Shown here: positions 10,662-24,235 of the stretch, piece after piece
Numbering within the stretch: the stretch's first letter is position 1
How the letters are laid out: every line of letters starts with the position of its first letter
Assembly (NCBI GenBank): GCA_051294375.1
Contig: CM119269.1
Coordinates: 21,561,665 to 21,625,664, forward strand
Direction: 5' to 3'
DNA: 64,000 nucleotides
Origin: Paraspadella gotoi
Lineage: Eukaryota > Animalia > Chaetognatha
Notes under the pieces: model-generated
Database searches by the model: none
Told to the model about the DNA's origin: nothing
What the model saw: only the letters and a program-made list of their open reading frames with translations
Program-made: the position numbers and the translations under genes

Positions 10662-11815
10662 AGTTTAAAAATAGTCCGAATATCGCCAAATGCTATTTTA
10701 GCCAGACGCGTCGGCCATTTGGCTATTTAGGCTGTCCACGACCATCACTAGCGTTCTAGTTATGGTGGATTTTCGCCTAAACTAAACTCAGATTAGGGTT
10801 AGGGTGGTTTATGGGTGAGTTGGTAGTAGTTAGGGGTTAGGGTTGAGTAGTTTAGGCTATTCGAAGGGTTGAGTAGTTTAGGGGTTGAGATTGAGTTAAG
10901 TTCAAATTTTATAAGCAGAGTCCGATTAAAACATATATCTTATAGTCAAATATTAAAGCTTAAATAAATTCTCTGTAAAACACGACTCTTCGAAACGAGT
11001 GCCTTTTAGTGTTACGGTAAAAAATGTTAGTAGTGTAATAGTTTGATTTGCGTCTTTTTCAATGCAAGATAATATAAAAGAAACAAATATTATTTCTGGA
11101 GAGTAACATAATATTTATTTTTTAAATAAGCACTGATCTTACAGAGACTTCTTGTCTCCCATCAAAGGTGCCATAACAAAAGATAAAAAAAAATGTTACA
11201 ACACTTATCAGAGTTGTGAACCGCGACCCGGCATCATAGATAAGAGGGACAGAACAGACGAAAAGAATATTTTTGGGTATCTCTCTGTGTGCGCGACTAA
11301 TAACGACGCCAAATCAAAAAATAAATATTTTCCCAATGACAACGATTTTCTTTTTTTTTTTTTATTTTTTTTGTTAATTTTTGTTTATGTTGTTTGTGTT
11401 TAATGTTTTGGTCATCTAAAAATTCGTGAACGATGAAAGCGTATTGAGTGCAAAGTAGGTTTCTTGTCCACTATCGCCGAATGGAGTCGGGGAATCAAGG
11501 CGATAAGCAACGGAACAAATAAATAAGCTCCATTAATTGAATTTTGATTAACACTTTTTTATTATTCAAAGAGGCGGCGGATTAATGCGAGAGAAAAACT
11601 GGAGGCTAGCGTGGGTTTCAATACTTTTCCTGCTTTGCTGCAGGTGATACAGACTCCTCTCCCTCCTCCTGCCAGATTCACTGTTTTTGTCTCTCTCTCT
11701 CTCTCTCATACCAAGTTTCTTTTCAATACTCTGGCCTCTCTCTGGTCTAAAACGTCCCTGACCTCAACTTTAACCAACTGTCAAAATTCTTTATTGTGTA
11801 ACTTTTCCTCTCTCT

Positions 11816-11882
<67 letters not shown>

Positions 11883-11933
11883 ACATCACAAACCACCATT
11901 TCCTGTAATTTGAAATTGTCTGTCAATTCATCA

Positions 11934-11976
11934 AGTGCTGATAAAGCACTTGAATCAAAGTCGAAACATGTCCACT
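11934..11976 (+). ncRNA. Minimal type I hammerhead ribozyme motif, copy 2 (in duplicated segment)
   Basis: AGTG-CTGATAA-AGCACTT-gaatca-AAGTC-GAAAC-AT-GTC-CACT; core G>A change is either a mutation or a read error. Confidence 0.65.
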
Positions 11977-13229
11977 GTTTAAAATAGTCCGAAATCGCCA
12001 AATCGCTATTTAGCCCAGACGCCCTCGCCATTTGGCTATTTAGCTGTCAACGACATCTAGCGTTCTAGTTATGGTGATTTTGCCTAAACTAAACTCAGAT
12101 TAGGGTTAGGGTGGTTTAGGGTTGAGTTGGTAGTAGTTAGGGTTAGGGTTGAGTAGTTTAGGTTGAGGGTTGAGTAGTTTAGGGTTAGAGTTGAGTTAAG
12201 TTCATTTTATAAGCAGATCCGATTAAAAATATATTTAAGTCAAATATTAAAGCTTAAATAAATTCTCGTAAAAACACTCTCGGAAAACGGTGTCCTTTTA
12301 GTGTTACGTAAAAAATGTTAGTAGTTAATAGTTTGATTTGGTCTTTTCATGCCAATAATATAAAAGAAAACAAATTATTTCTGGAAGTAACATAATATTT
12401 ATTTTTAAATAAGCACTGATCTTCAGAGACTTCTGTCTCCCTCAAAGGTGCATAACAAAAAGTAAAAAAAATGTTACAACCTTATCAGAGTTGTGCACGC
12501 GGACCGGCATATAGATAGAGGGACAGACAGACAGAAAAGAATTTTTGGGCGTCATCTCTGTTGCTGCGACTAATAACGACGCCAAATCAAAAAATAAATA
12601 TTTCCCAATGACAACGATTTTCTTTTTTTTTTTTTTTTTTTGTGTTTATTTTTTTGTTATTTGTTTTTGTTATGTTTTTTCATCTAAAAATATTCGTGAG
12701 GATGAGCGTATTGAGTGCAAAGTAGGTTTTTGTCCACTTCGCCGAATGGAGTCGGGGAATCAGCGATAAGCAACGGAACCAAATAAATAAGCTCATAATT
12801 GAATTTTGATTAACCTTTTTTTATTATTCAAGAGGCGGCGGATTATGCGAGAGAAAAACTGGAGGCTAGACGTGGTTTATCTTTCCTGTTTTGTCACAGA
12901 TTACGAATTTGATTGACAATTGACATAGACTATGGGTGAGATGGGTTATTTAGTTATTTAGTTTGTTAGTTTATATGATGGTGTGTTCAATCGTTCATCA
13001 CAAAAAAAACTTTTGTTACAATTAACGACGGCAAATATTTTGGGAGAGAAGCAGATGAGGAGAATATTTAATTTGTATTTAATTTATTTTATTTGTATTT
13101 AATTTATTTAATTTCTTTTATAGATAATTTGTTATATCGATTTCACCGATTGCGCTAATAATATACCAAATTTTCCAAATTTAAAACCGCCATATTCTAC
13201 TTAAATCTTGAGTTTTTTATTTCTACGCT

Positions 13230-16200
13230 TTTGCTTTTGTTTTTGTTCTATAGAATCCAAGCACCGTCAGTATTTCCTCGCAATTCTTTTTGTATTTCGA
13301 CCAACAGCGATGTCTTGCAGTCTTGCAGTCGCAATATCATCGTCTCTCTTCTCATGGCGGATGTCATTGTCACGTGACTGCAAACGTCGTCGAGAGCCAC
13401 GCCTCCTGTTTACGTCTAAAGAGCGACAGTTCTCCCTCCGCCACCACCCTCGCCCTCCCCTTCCACTGTCGCCCTCCGTTTATTTTATTACTTTTATTTA
13501 GTTTATGTTTTATTGCTTTACCTTTATGTTTGCAAACATCGACGGGGGAACGACGATTTTCGCTACTTGATTCTCTCTCTCTCTCTCTCTCTCTTCTTCT
13601 CTCTCTCCTTCTTCATTCGCTTAATCTTTCGGTCCAACCCGGGAGTTTTCCCAGACTGCCCTCCCCCTCCTCCTCCTCTCCCCTCTTCCTCTTCCTCCAT
13701 CCTCCTTCCATATCGATTCCCTTTTGTTTCTCCACCGCTGATTTTCGTCTCCGTCGGTTGATGTCGCCTCCGTCGGCCTCGAGTGACAAATGAACAGTCC
13801 GACTTCGGTCAGGAGTCATCGTCTGTTCGGCCGGGAAAGTAAAATTTGGCAAAAGAATTGTCGGGTATTTTTAAACTATTTTGGTTTCATTAAAATTGGC
13901 ACAATCTATTTTAAAAAAACTGTCTGTGCATTAAATAAATAGGCTATCGCGCCTTCTTGAGTCTGGACAAGATTAATATTTAAATGTTTTTGTTTTTGTT
14001 TGTGTTTTTTGACAATTCTTGGTCGGTCTGTCTTTTAAACTTTAAAAAAATTTAAGAAAACCTACAAACAAGTTTTTGCCCATTATTTAAATTAGTTTGT
14101 CATTGTTGTTGTCATCCTTGCTTTTTAATGTCGTTGTCGTTGTTATCGCTGACGTTGTCTTTCCGCTTCCTTGTCATCTTCCTCACCCATATTGCTTCTG
14201 TCATTTTTTCCCCTGATGTCATTCCTGTCGTCTGACATCGGAGGGGGGCGATTCGGTCAAACGAGGCCAACGGTTCCATCTGACGGATAAATTGCGTCGC
14301 TCACGCCTGGCGCCTGATTTTGAACCTTGGCGCCGTGAGGCGGATGAACGTCATACGGAGATGGAAGTCATACGAGATCCGGGGATTGACGTCATAAGGG
14401 AAACGTTATCCGAAGAGATGCCATATCACGTTATATTTGCATGGTCGGATTTTTTTCCGTCCTGCTTTATTTATAAAATTTTGATTCATTTATCAGTTAT
14501 TTTTTTTAACTTCAATTTCGGATGAAGTATATTTCTTAAATTAAATTAACAGAAATAAGGAATAATCGTCGTTACCATTTCTTCAACTAAACGTTGAGTT
14601 TTTATTTCATTGGGTGTGAAAAATGATATAATAAGATCCTTATTACAAACTATATTGTAAATTTGTAATATTTACCTAACTAATAAAAACAAATCATAAA
14701 AAACTTACACTAATCATATTATTCACCGGTGTCTTTTTTTCTACACCTCAAACCCAACGATCTCCAAATGCTTATTAAATTTTCGGCCCCATTTTTTGTA
14801 CCCCAACGAATCCCAATTTTTATCTTTTATTTCCGTCCATTTTCCTCCAAATCCTCATTAACTTTTCCCCCTTTTGCACTTCTCACAATCCAAATTTTCA
14901 TCTTCTATTTCCGTCCATTTTCCTTCAAATCCTCATTAAATTTTCCCCCTTTTGCACTTCTCACAATCCCAATTTTCATCAAGATGAAAATTGAGATTGT
15001 GAGAAGTGCAAAAGGGGGAAAGTTAATGAAGGATTTGGATGAAAATGGACGGAAATAAAAGATGAAAATTAGGATTGTGAGAAGTGGCAAAAGGGGGAAA
15101 AGTTAATGAGGATTTGGAGGAAAATGGACGGAAATAAAAGATGAAAATTGGGATTGTGAGAAGTGCAAAAGGGGGAAAAGTTAATGAGGATTTGGAGGAA
15201 AATGGACGGAAATAGAAGATGAAAATTGGGAATTGTTGAGAAGTGCGAAAAGGGGGAAAGTTAATGAGGATTTGGATGAAAATGGACGGAAATAGAAGAT
15301 GAAAATTAGGATTGTGAGAAGTGCAAAAGGGGGAAAAGTTAATGAGGATTTGGAGGAAATGGACGGAAATAGAAGATGAAAATTGGGATTGTGAGAAGCT
15401 GCAAAAGGGGGAAAATTTAATGAGGATTTGAAGGAAAATGGACGGAAATAGAAGATGAAAATTTGGATTGTGAGAAAGTGCAAAAAGGGGAAAAGTTAAT
15501 GAGGATTTTGAGGAAAATGGACGGAAATAAAAAGATAAAAATTGGATTCCGTGGGGTACAAAAAATGGGGCCAAAAATTTAATAAGCATTTGGAGATCGT
15601 TGGGTTTGAGGTGTAGAAAAAATAGACACCGTGAATAATATGATTAGTGTAAGTTTTTTTATGATTTGTGTTTTATTAGTTAGGTAAATATTACAAATTT
15701 ACAATATAGTTTGTAATAAGATCTTATTAATATCATTTTTCACAGCCGCAATGAAATAAAAACTTCAACGTTTAAGATTGAAGAAATGGTAACGACGAAT
15801 TATTCCTTATTTCTGTTAATTTAATTTAAGAAATATACTTCATCCGAAATTGAAGTTAAAAAAATAACTGATAAATGAATCAAAAATTTTATAAATAAAG
15901 GCAGGACGGAAAAAAAATCCGACCATGCAAATATAACGTGATATGGCATCTCTCGGATAACGTTTCCGCTATGAACGTCAGAATCCCCGGATCTCGTAAT
16001 GACTTCGCATCTCCGTATGACGTTCCATCCGGCCTCACGGCGCCAAAGGTTCAAAAATCAGGCGGCCAGGCGTGAGCGACGGCAATTTAATCCGTCCAGA
16101 CTGGACCAGTTGGCCTCGTTTGACCGAATCGCCCCCCTCCGATGTCAGACGAACAGGAATGAGCATCAGGTGGAAAAAATGAACAGAAGCATATGGGTGG

Positions 16201-16787
16201 GAAGATGACAGGAAGCGGAAAGACAACGTCAGCGATAACAACGACAACGACATTAAAAAGCAAGGATGACAACAACAATGACAAACTAATTTAAATAATG
16301 GGGCAAAAACTTGTTTGTAGGTTTTCGTTAATTTTTTTATAAGTTTAAAAGACAGACCGACCAAGAATTGTCAAAAAACACAAAAAAAACAAAAAACATT
16401 TAAAATATTGAATCTTGTCCCAGACTCAAGAAGGCGCGGCGATGAGCCTATTTATTTAATGCATCAGACAGTTTTTTTAAAATAGATTGGTGCCAATTTA
16501 ATGAAACCAAAATAGTTTTAAAAATACCCGACAATTCTTTTGCCCAAATTTTATTTCCCGGCCGAACAGACGATGACTCCCTGACCGAAGTCGGAATGTT
16601 CATTTGTCACTCGAAGGCGCGAGGAGGCGACATCGAACGACGGAGAGCGAAAATCAGCGGTGGAGAGAAACAAAAGGGAATCGATATGGAAGGAGGATGG
16701 AGGAAGAGGAAGAGGGGAGAGGAGGAGGAGGGGGAAAGGGCAGTCTGGGAAAACTCCCGGGTTGGACCGAAAGATTAAGGCGAAGAG

Positions 16788-16835
<48 letters not shown>

Positions 16836-17185
16836 CAAGTAGCGAAAATCGTCGTTCGCCGCGTCGATGTTTGAAACATAAAAGGTAAAGCAATAAACAA
16901 TAAAACTAAATAAAAACGTATAAAATACGGAGGGCGGACAGTGAAAGGGGAGGGCGGAGGGTGGAGGGCGGAGGGAGAACTGTCGCTCTTTAGACGTAAA
17001 AGGAGGCGTGGCTCTCGACGACGTTTTGGCAGTCAGCGTGACAATGACATCCGCCATGAGAAGAGAGTACGATGATATGCGACTGCAAGACTGCAAGACA
17101 TCGCTGTTGGTCGAAATACAAAAAGATTGGCGAGGAAAATACTGACCGGTGCTTGGATTCTATAGATAACGAACAAAAACAAAAG
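13230..17185. repeat. ~1.75-kb-arm inverted duplication centred near 14981, probably a fold-back read artefact
   Basis: 13230-14980 is mirrored by 14983-17185; the right arm is indel-rich and ends at a 25-N gap, after which the satellite resumes its original orientation. Confidence 0.85.
14790..15560. repeat. 78-bp minisatellite
   Basis: Unit starts at 14811, 14889 and 14967 (ttccgtccattttcctccaaatcctcattaac...cttttgcacttctcacaa); inverted after 14982. Confidence 0.9.
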
Positions 17186-17519
17186 NNNNNNNNNNNNNNN
17201 NNNNNNNNNNCTATTTCCGTCCATTTTCCTCCAAATCCTCATTAACTTTTTTTCCTTGTTGTCTCCACATCTTCGTCGTCTCTTGTTCTCTTGTTTGCCT
17301 CCGCCGCGGTGCGGTCCTCTCTTGCCTTCATTAATCATTCAGCTTGCTTTGGTATGGCTTCATACTTCACCTGCATCTTTTATGGGTTTTTACTTTATTA
17401 GATTTTTAAAACGCAAACATCGTTATACGAAAGGGAGGAGAGAGAGAGTACAGAGAGAGATAAAGAGAAAGAGAGAGAGAGGGAGAGAGAGAAATAGAGA
17501 GCAAAGAGAGAGAGAGAGT

Positions 17520-17735
17520 CAACCATAAAAGAAAGGAAATTTTCCCAAAATTTGATTACTGTTTTGATGTTCGTCTCTTCTAGCACCTGAATTCAAGAAT
17601 TGTTTGTAAAATTCAGATGCCGTTACATCTGATCTGTTCGCACAAACAGTTTCAAAACTTGAATGTTTATAAACCTTGGTATACAATATCCATTTACCAA
17701 GCATTAAAACCAAGCTGTATATTACCAGCTTAAAC
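17520..17735 (-). mobile_element. Degenerate LINE (L1/Tx1-like) ORF2 3' fragment
   Basis: Minus-strand frameshifted peptide LVLMLGKWILY...VLEETNIK..IKFWENF resembles L1-clade ORF2 C-termini, followed by a (TC)n tract; pattern recognition only. Confidence 0.35.
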
Positions 17736-18083
17736 GTTTAAATACAATCTTCTTAATTCCGAGATCATTAGCCCTCGACGCGTCGTCATTCAGGCCCAAA
17801 ATAAAGAGCTCTCACGGTCTCAGGGTCTCACCCTCTTTCGCTTTTTAAAACTTACCTTTTCCCTTCTCTTCCTTTCATCCGCTCAGCTCCCCGTGTGATC
17901 TCTCTTTAAAAAAAAAAGGCACGGCAGCCAACCGAACGATAATTCACTCTTTGTTTATTTCTTGACTTAAGTTTATGTCTTCGCCGGTCGTCGTCGTCGT
18001 TGTCGTCGTCGTCGTCGTCGCCCGCCTCTTCCGTTGTTAAACTCGCCATCTATCGGAATTGTTTGTGGCGTCGTCGGTGTCAA

Positions 18084-18123
<40 letters not shown>

Positions 18124-19275
18124 TTGACTGACGTGTGTCACGTGACCACCGTTTCCCTTTTCTTCTCTGGTTTTTGATTGTTTGTTTTTTGTTGTTTTTT
18201 TGTTGTTTTTTTTTTCTCCGATAGAAAATGCTGTAAGGATCACTGCCTCTGGTGTCAAAATTTTGAACAGGGATTTAAAAAGATTTTAACTAGTATAAGT
18301 AAGTATAAGTAATAAAAGTAGATATATTTATTTTGATGTATGTGTGTGGTTTTTTCCGATTTGGGACGATTTAATGTAAATTAATATTCTGATAGCAACA
18401 TCGAATTTGTGGCTTCTCGCCAGATCATTTTTTGTTAGGTCATCGGAGATGGAAGCAGAACCATCCATTTGTCTCAAATTCTCAAATTCTCAAATTCTCA
18501 CAGCGTCTTGCTTATCTTCCATCTGAGGGTAACATCCACTTTGGTTTCATGTTGAAATCTCTGTCTACTTACTTAAATGAGGTAATAAGGCAAATAGTTG
18601 TATAACATTGCTGCTTTATTTAATTCAAATTAGTAAAATTTCTTAATTGTATTTTTTGTTAAAGGTTAAAGGTTCGAGCTAAAAATTGCGAAAAGATTGT
18701 AGTAATTATCGTCCAATTGAAAGAGCGATTTTGAAAATTGAATAATTTAAAAATGATTGTGACAGTAACTGTTGACCTTGTGATAGATGTGAGGATTAGA
18801 AATTTACAATCGTAATTTGTAATTTGTAAATTGCTTCGCTTTCTGTTTGTGTGTGTGAGTTCGTGTGTGTGCGAATTCGCGTGTGTGTGTGACCGAGGAA
18901 GCAGACAATTTTTTTTCCCTTTGAATTTGTCGATAAAAATATATCAAATTTATTTTTATTCGGAATCAAACAGAAGAACTTGAGTCTCATCGCATCGAAT
19001 TTGGCGGGAAATTTTGAAAATAATCATTGAAAACTAATTTCCCTTAAAAAGCTCATTGAAGAGAAAGAGAAAGACGGAGATAAGAAAGGTTTTGATATCC
19101 AAGTTTGAAATTTTTCGCATCGAATTCTGTCCTTATCGTCTTTATTATCATCGTTGTCACCACAGTCTTCGTTGTCATCATCATCATCATCATCATCGTC
19201 GTAGTGATGATGACACTTGGCAAAGATTATCATCATCATCATCATCATCATTCATCTTCGCCCGATGAGATTAGA

Positions 19276-19316
<41 letters not shown>

Positions 19317-19507
19317 TGTTTATGAGACCGAATCTCCTTAGTCATCAAGTAAACCTACTTTGCATTTTGAATGTTCCCTCGAGACAAAAGCGAGAGTGAG
19401 AGAGAGACAGAGAGAGAGAGCGAGCGCTCCCGTCGGAGACAAGATTTTTACCATGTGAAGGCGCTAAAAGGAGGGCTGAGAGAGAGAGAGAGAAGAGAGA
19501 GAGAGAC

Positions 19508-19564
<57 letters not shown>

Positions 19565-21031
19565 GAGATTTTTTAAAAATTTGATTAGACAAACAATGCA
19601 TCATTAGTCTTCTTGTTTGCGAATTAAAAACCTGTTACAATGATTTTTAGAGAGGAAAGAAAAAAGATAAGATACGACATAAATCACAGATGATTAATTT
19701 TAGGTGCGTCTTTAACTATTTCTTTGATTTTATGTCGCAATCACGTCAAATGTCCAAAAATTAGACCGAAAAAGAAACCCGCTCACCACTGACCTAATGT
19801 CTTAATGTACAATTTTCAAATGTACATGTAAATATATAAAAAACGTTTTTTTATAATGCTTAAAGGGGAAAAAGAGCGATTATCTTAAACTTTATATAGA
19901 TTGAGCAAGCAAAAAATTTTTTTTTTTATCTTTGAAGATTTTTTTTGGAATTAGTTCTGAATAGAATTTAATGTAATTAGCAGGCCTCGAAGAAAATAAT
20001 TATCCTCCCTCAAAGACGAAAAGAGAAAATAAAAGAAAATTAAAAAAATATATATTCTATAAATATTAATCTCACGTAGGTTCGTAAGTTCAGATTTTCA
20101 AAACTTTTGCCATCGTTACATTTTTACTTTTTTAAGACGACCTACGTTACGATACCAAGTGGCGCTGATCACGGACTCGTTAATCCTAAACCTAACGTTC
20201 CGGGTTCTATCCCTGAAAGGGGCGAGTCCAGAATGACCTGCTTGCACGCCTAAAGAGAGAAAGATAGTGAGAGAAAAAGAGAAAGAGAGATAGACCTCGC
20301 CCCTGCTCAATGCTCATCCCTAGTCGTGTCTCTCTCATTGCCACTCCGTCTTATTATCCTTTTCTTCCGAAAATATTTTAATTTGATTAACTGCGATCCG
20401 AAATTTGAAATTTAAATCTTCTAATGACAACACTTGTTGTTTCAAGACCCTTTGCTGTTGGATAATTTAGAGTGTAAAAAAAAAGAAATTTACATTAAAA
20501 AAAAGAAAAAAAAACTTATCTGAACTTCGGTTCCTGCAGTTTTCAAATTTGTTTCGAATTTATCTTTTCTTTGCGTTAGTAGCATTAAATAAGAAGAAAA
20601 TTTGTATTTTTTACAGAAAACGAATTTGTTTAATTTACAATAAAAAAATTCATGTTTCGAAAGTGTGAGATTTAAGCATTAAAGAAAGGCTGATGAATCT
20701 AACACTTTAGTTTTTTATTGTACATGAAATAAATTTGTTGTCTGTAAACAATACAAATTTTTTTCTTCTTCGAAGCTTTCAATCTTTATTTAATTTTTAA
20801 ATTATTTCATCAACTCACAAGTCACAACATCGGTTCATTCAAATTTCACAAAACGCTTAAAAAGTCGTCTTGTTTGTCTTTCGGTGATAATAAAAATCCC
20901 AAAAATCACGAAACGAAGTCACCAACTGATGTGATGCAATGAAAAAACTTCCGGGACAAAAAAATAGTCGTTTGAAATTGGGGATAATCTTTTTGATTGT
21001 AAGAACCATTCGTAATAAATACGTACCTTTG

Positions 21032-21137
<106 letters not shown>

Positions 21138-21163
21138 ACTTTTTTTATTCATCTAATCATTCA

Positions 21164-21537
21164 TTAGTTGCGCCGCGTGTACTAGTGAAGCAACTCTATA
21201 AGTCACTTTTAGAGTCACTTATCGGTCGGTCGGTGGGTCTGTTGGTCTGTCGGTCGGTAAGTCTTTCCGTCAGTCTGTTCATATAGAATTCGCCTATAGT
21301 TTGGTTGCTCATTTGTTAAGACAAAAAAAACCTCAAATCAGAAATCTAAGTGACTGCTAGCGCCGCCTTTAGGAAATCATAAGGAATAAAAGACGGAATT
21401 TCGATGCAATACATGTCATAAATACATGGGCTAAGAAAGTTTTTGAGTCATGTCATGTAATATCATATGATCAAAAAGAATTACATATGAAAATAAAGTC
21501 ACTGCGGCGCAACACATTGGAATTACCGTTCTTATTT
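21164..21537 (+). mobile_element. DINE-1/HINE-like element, family B
   Basis: subTIR GTTGCGCCGC (21167) / GCGGCGCAAC (21504); 5' partial IR gcaact followed by ctataagtcact; (GTCG)n tract; same layout as family A. Confidence 0.6.
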
Positions 21538-22493
21538 ACTAATTCATTCATTTTTTTTATTTATTAAATGATTATTTTCTTCGTCCTTTTTTCATTCAAT
21601 GGTTTATTCATTCATTCATTCATCTATTCATTCTTTCATTCATTCACTCATTCAATGTATTCAATCCTTCATCCATCCATCCGTCCATCCGTCCATCCGT
21701 CCATCCGTCCATCCCTAACTTTCTTCACTTCCCTATTTCCCTCTTTTTCCGATTTTGAAATCTTAATTGGATCAATCGATGTTTTTCATTCAGCAGCTGA
21801 GATCCAACGACAGTTTTCCTTTTCTTCTTCCGAGGTCATCGCGTCTTTGATACTCTCCCGTTTCCCTGGCAACCGTTTTCATAACCGTTTCAAGTTTAAA
21901 TCTATATCTATTATTTCGGTGTTTCTTTTTTTTATTTCTTTATTTTTAATTTTTTTCCTTTTTTTGAAATTTCTTCATCATTTTTGGGTCATTACAGATA
22001 TTTGGCCACGTTGCCTATATTTATTTATTTCTTTTTTTTTGGGTTTATTTTTTAAGTTTTTAAACATTTTTTTCGCGTAATTTTCCGTGGCCTAATCCAA
22101 GAACTGAAAAAACTCTCTCTCTAACTCTCTCTCTCTCTCAATCTCTCTCACCCTCACTCTCCTCCTCTCCTTCCCTCTCTCTTCTCTCTTCCTCATCTCT
22201 CTCCTCTCTTTTCGCCCTCAACCTTTTTTTTTTAATCTCACAGAACTCAGAAAAAACAAAATTTATATTCAGTGTCGGTTAATGTTTTTTTTTTTTCTTC
22301 TCTGTTTTCAAACGACTTCGACTTCTCTAATATGTGTGTGTGGTTATTTTGTTGTGTGGTGCTGCGCGCCAAGTTGGTTCATCTTCTTTGACCTCTTATT
22401 AATCTTTCTTTCATTCTATCTTTCTATCTATCTTTTTTTCTCTCTTTATTTAATTTTTTTTCTTTTTATATTGCGCTTGCACTCTCTCTCTCT

Positions 22494-22599
<106 letters not shown>

Positions 22600-22800
22600 C
22601 TCTCTCCTATCATCTCTCTCTCTCTCTCTCTTCCTCTCTCATCCTCTCTCAACTCTCAACAAGTTGCATCATCGAAAGCGATTTGTTTTTTTCCAAAATC
22701 CACGTTTTCTTCGATTTCTGATTCTCATATTCGATTTTGTTTTGTTTATTTATTTTGTTTTCAAACGTAAACAAAAGCAAAAAAAAAAACGGAACCAAAA

Positions 22801-22845
22801 ATGTCTGGCGACAAATCTCGATCTAAGATCCCGACACAACTCAAG
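22801..22845 (+). CDS. SRCIN1/KIAA1217-like gene, candidate first coding exon (long isoform)
   Basis: aaaATG; MSGDKSRSKIPTQLK|gtcgga; contains SxIP; phase 0. Confidence 0.55.
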
Positions 22846-22873
22846 GTCGGATCTAAAAAAGGTATTAGTTCTA

Positions 22874-23527
22874 GGCTCTATTTTCCGAAAGCGCTCAATT
22901 TCTGTTTCTAATACCTGAACATAATTTTAACCTTAATGTAAAAACTTTTAATTATTTTGGTTTAAAATTAAAAGAGAAAACAAAGATTTTGTTTATTTAC
23001 AAACGAGTTTTATTGATAATCGGATATGTTTGACTATTTTTGTAGCCTTGAGCTGAAAAGCTATATAAGTAATTTTTTATCTATTGAAAGTATACTTAAA
23101 AATGTATAAATCTTAGTTTGAGTGCGGCTACCCCATTTAAGCTGTTTTTTTCAGGTAAAAATAATTTTTAGTCTCATTTGCAAATTTATGTCGATCCATA
23201 TCATTTGAACAAAAGTTTTTACGGGTTTTGTTGAGAAAAATATAATTATAGTAATTAAACAAAACTCTTGTTGTACTTTTCAGACGGACAACGCCTAAAG
23301 CATAAAAAATAGTAAAACTTATTTTGTATTTATTGTTTATAATTAAAAACAAACTTTGTTTTCTCTCCTAAAATCTTTTATAACTCTATTCTCTTTATTT
23401 AAATGCTGAATACAATCTTTAATTTTAACCTTTATTCTAATCCTTAACCCTAATCCCTAATATGAAATTTGAAAATAAATTTCATTCCGAATTTAACTTG
23501 AAATAGAGCGCTTTCGTAAAAGATGGC
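22874..23527. mobile_element. TIR element (MITE) with telomere-like internal repeats
   Basis: ctattttccgaaagcgctcaatttc / gaaatagagcgctttcgtaaaag inverted termini; internal ccttaaccctaatccctaa. Confidence 0.6.
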
Positions 23528-23603
23528 AAGGTTGTGATTGTAATTGTGATTGTAATCATTTAATCAAATGAGTCCGAATGATTATTTGATCAAGAGGCGA
23601 TGT

Positions 23604-23638
<35 letters not shown>

Positions 23639-23735
23639 CTTTTCTCTCTCTCTCTCTCTCTCCACTTTCTCTTCTTCTCTCTCTCTCTTCTTCTCTCTCT
23701 CTTCATCTCTTCTCCTTCCTTCAAAACGATGGAAG

Positions 23736-23788
23736 AGAAAGTCGATGGGCGTCGGTCTCAGCGACCGCGCAGCCGGGCCAGTAATAGG
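23736..23788 (+). CDS. SRCIN1/KIAA1217-like gene, candidate exon 2 (long isoform)
   Basis: First AG after a long CT tract; RKSMGVGLSDRAAGPVI(G)|gtaggg; phase 0 to 2 joins 26092 in frame. Confidence 0.45.
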
Positions 23789-24235
23789 GTAGGGGAGGGG
23801 AACGGTAAGGAGAGAGAGAGAGAGAGAGAGAGGAGAGAAGAAGAGATGAGAGAGAGAAAGAGAGATAGAGAGAGAGGAGAGGAGAGAGAGGAAGACTGAG
23901 GGGGAAAAGCGCACGCGCAATATGTGGGCGGCCTTAGTTTCCGCTTTGTCTTAAATAGTCCCTAATTGTTTCTTCGGCGACGAGGGAGAAAGGAAGAGAG
24001 ACGAGCAGGAGAGAAAAGAGAGACGAGAGATGAGGGGAGAGAGAGGAGAGAGAGACGAGAGAAAGAGAGAGAGAGAAGAGATGAGAGAGAGTAGAAGAGT
24101 ACAGGGTAATTTCCATCTTTTTTTATTTTTAGTTTTCTCTCCCTTTGAGGAGACAATTTTTTAGTATGTTAATTTTTTCATCTATTCTCTTATACCGGCC
24201 GAAAATTGTCTTTGATTTTCTTAACATGAATTATG

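Larger units (their letters stand above)
10285..12890. repeat. ~1.3-kb direct tandem duplication (10285-11630 vs 11625-12890), probably an assembly artefact
   Basis: Colinear copies differing mainly by scattered single-base indels; downstream of a 25-N gap. Confidence 0.8.

Noticed and set aside
12098-12200. True telomere or chromosome-fusion scar
   Set aside because: Short, degenerate, single-orientation tract; similar tracts elsewhere in the window sit inside TIR elements.
13230-17185. 4-kb palindrome as a biological giant hairpin or foldback transposon
   Set aside because: Essentially no spacer, right arm full of random indels, ends at a 25-N gap after which the satellite continues in the original orientation: the signature of a fold-back long read.
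19105-19341. Small membrane protein with His and Asp tracts
   Set aside because: Composed of (CAT)n and (GAC)n microsatellites; open in multiple frames with no splice or homology support.
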